NCBI GenBank assembly: GCA_963682135.1
Contig: OY821645.1
Location: forward strand, 224,001-288,000
Direction of reading: 5' to 3'
DNA length: 64,000 bases
Source of the DNA: Methanothrix sp.
Lineage (GTDB): Archaea; Halobacteriota; Methanosarcinia; Methanotrichales; Methanotrichaceae
Position numbers and translations under genes: made by a program
Shown: positions 63,616 to 64,000 of the stretch, piece by piece
How the letters are laid out: the number at the start of each line of letters is the position of its first letter
Numbering within the stretch: position 1 is the stretch's first letter
Notes under the pieces: model-generated
Databases searched by the model: none
The model's input: only the letters and a program-made list of their open reading frames with translations
Told to the model about the DNA's origin: nothing

Positions 63616-64000
63616 CTCTTATTGCCTCCAATGGAATTGCTCCTACCCCTCTGTCCTTTGTAGAGGGTAATGACGCGCTCCAGGCTGTCCGCCTCCTCCA
63701 GAGATTTATCGTACCTTACGGCGACCATCCTGGGAAAACGCAGCGCATATCCGGAGGAGTAGTTGGGACTATGCTGTATCTCCTCGTAAGCCACCTCGAA
63801 GATCACCGCCGGCTTGATCTCCACCTCCATGCCCTTCTCCAGAACAATCAGCTCCCGGAACATTTCCGTGAGTTCCGTCAGTGACTCATCTGAAAATCCT
63901 GTGGCCACAAAGCCCATATCCAAAAGATTACCGGTAGCAGTGTCCTGGCATGCCAGCCGGAAGGATCCCAATAAGCTCGCTCTGCGGCCCTCGCCCCATT
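63612..64000 (-). CDS. lig: ATP-dependent DNA ligase, C-terminal OB domain (partial)
   Basis: WGEGRRA..LGSF.LA, VATGFSD, EEIQ.SP.Y.SGYALRFPR. Confidence 0.92.
   Translation of the reverse strand, partial: WGEGRRASLLGSFRLACQDTATGNLLDMGFVATGFSDESLTELTEMFRELIVLEKGMEVEIKPAVIFEVAYEEIQHSPNYSSGYALRFPRMVAVRYDKSLEEADSLERVITLYKGQRGRSNSIGGNKR

Overview
Archaeal methanogen chromosome, most likely Methanothrix (Methanosaeta)-like. This rests on methanogenesis marker 14, an AtwA-like ABC ATPase, radA, RPA, a Methanosarcinales S-layer domain and many secreted hypothetical proteins; the genus call is inference. About 2-16 kb is an accessory arsenic/sulfur island. It holds arsC, a Trx-CcdA fusion, an exported thioredoxin, an unannotated 50-aa Cys-rich microprotein, arsR, an exported Cys-less tandem rhodanese and acr3. 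These are followed by a co-oriented array of cassette-like genes with decayed attC-like sites and repeated DUF3795 tails, then a second arsR, an ArsR-FeS regulator and dsrEFH. The rest is mostly housekeeping (tex, PAPS reductase-like, Get3/ArsA, pyrD/pyrK, marker 14, radA, rpa, metG, copB, HARP, hisD, DNA ligase). Interspersed are secreted paralog pairs, IS200/IS605 relics, pseudogenes, a small plasmid/virus-like patch and two candidate structured RNAs. No rRNA, tRNA or CRISPR array was recognised. All family calls come from motif recognition, not database searches.
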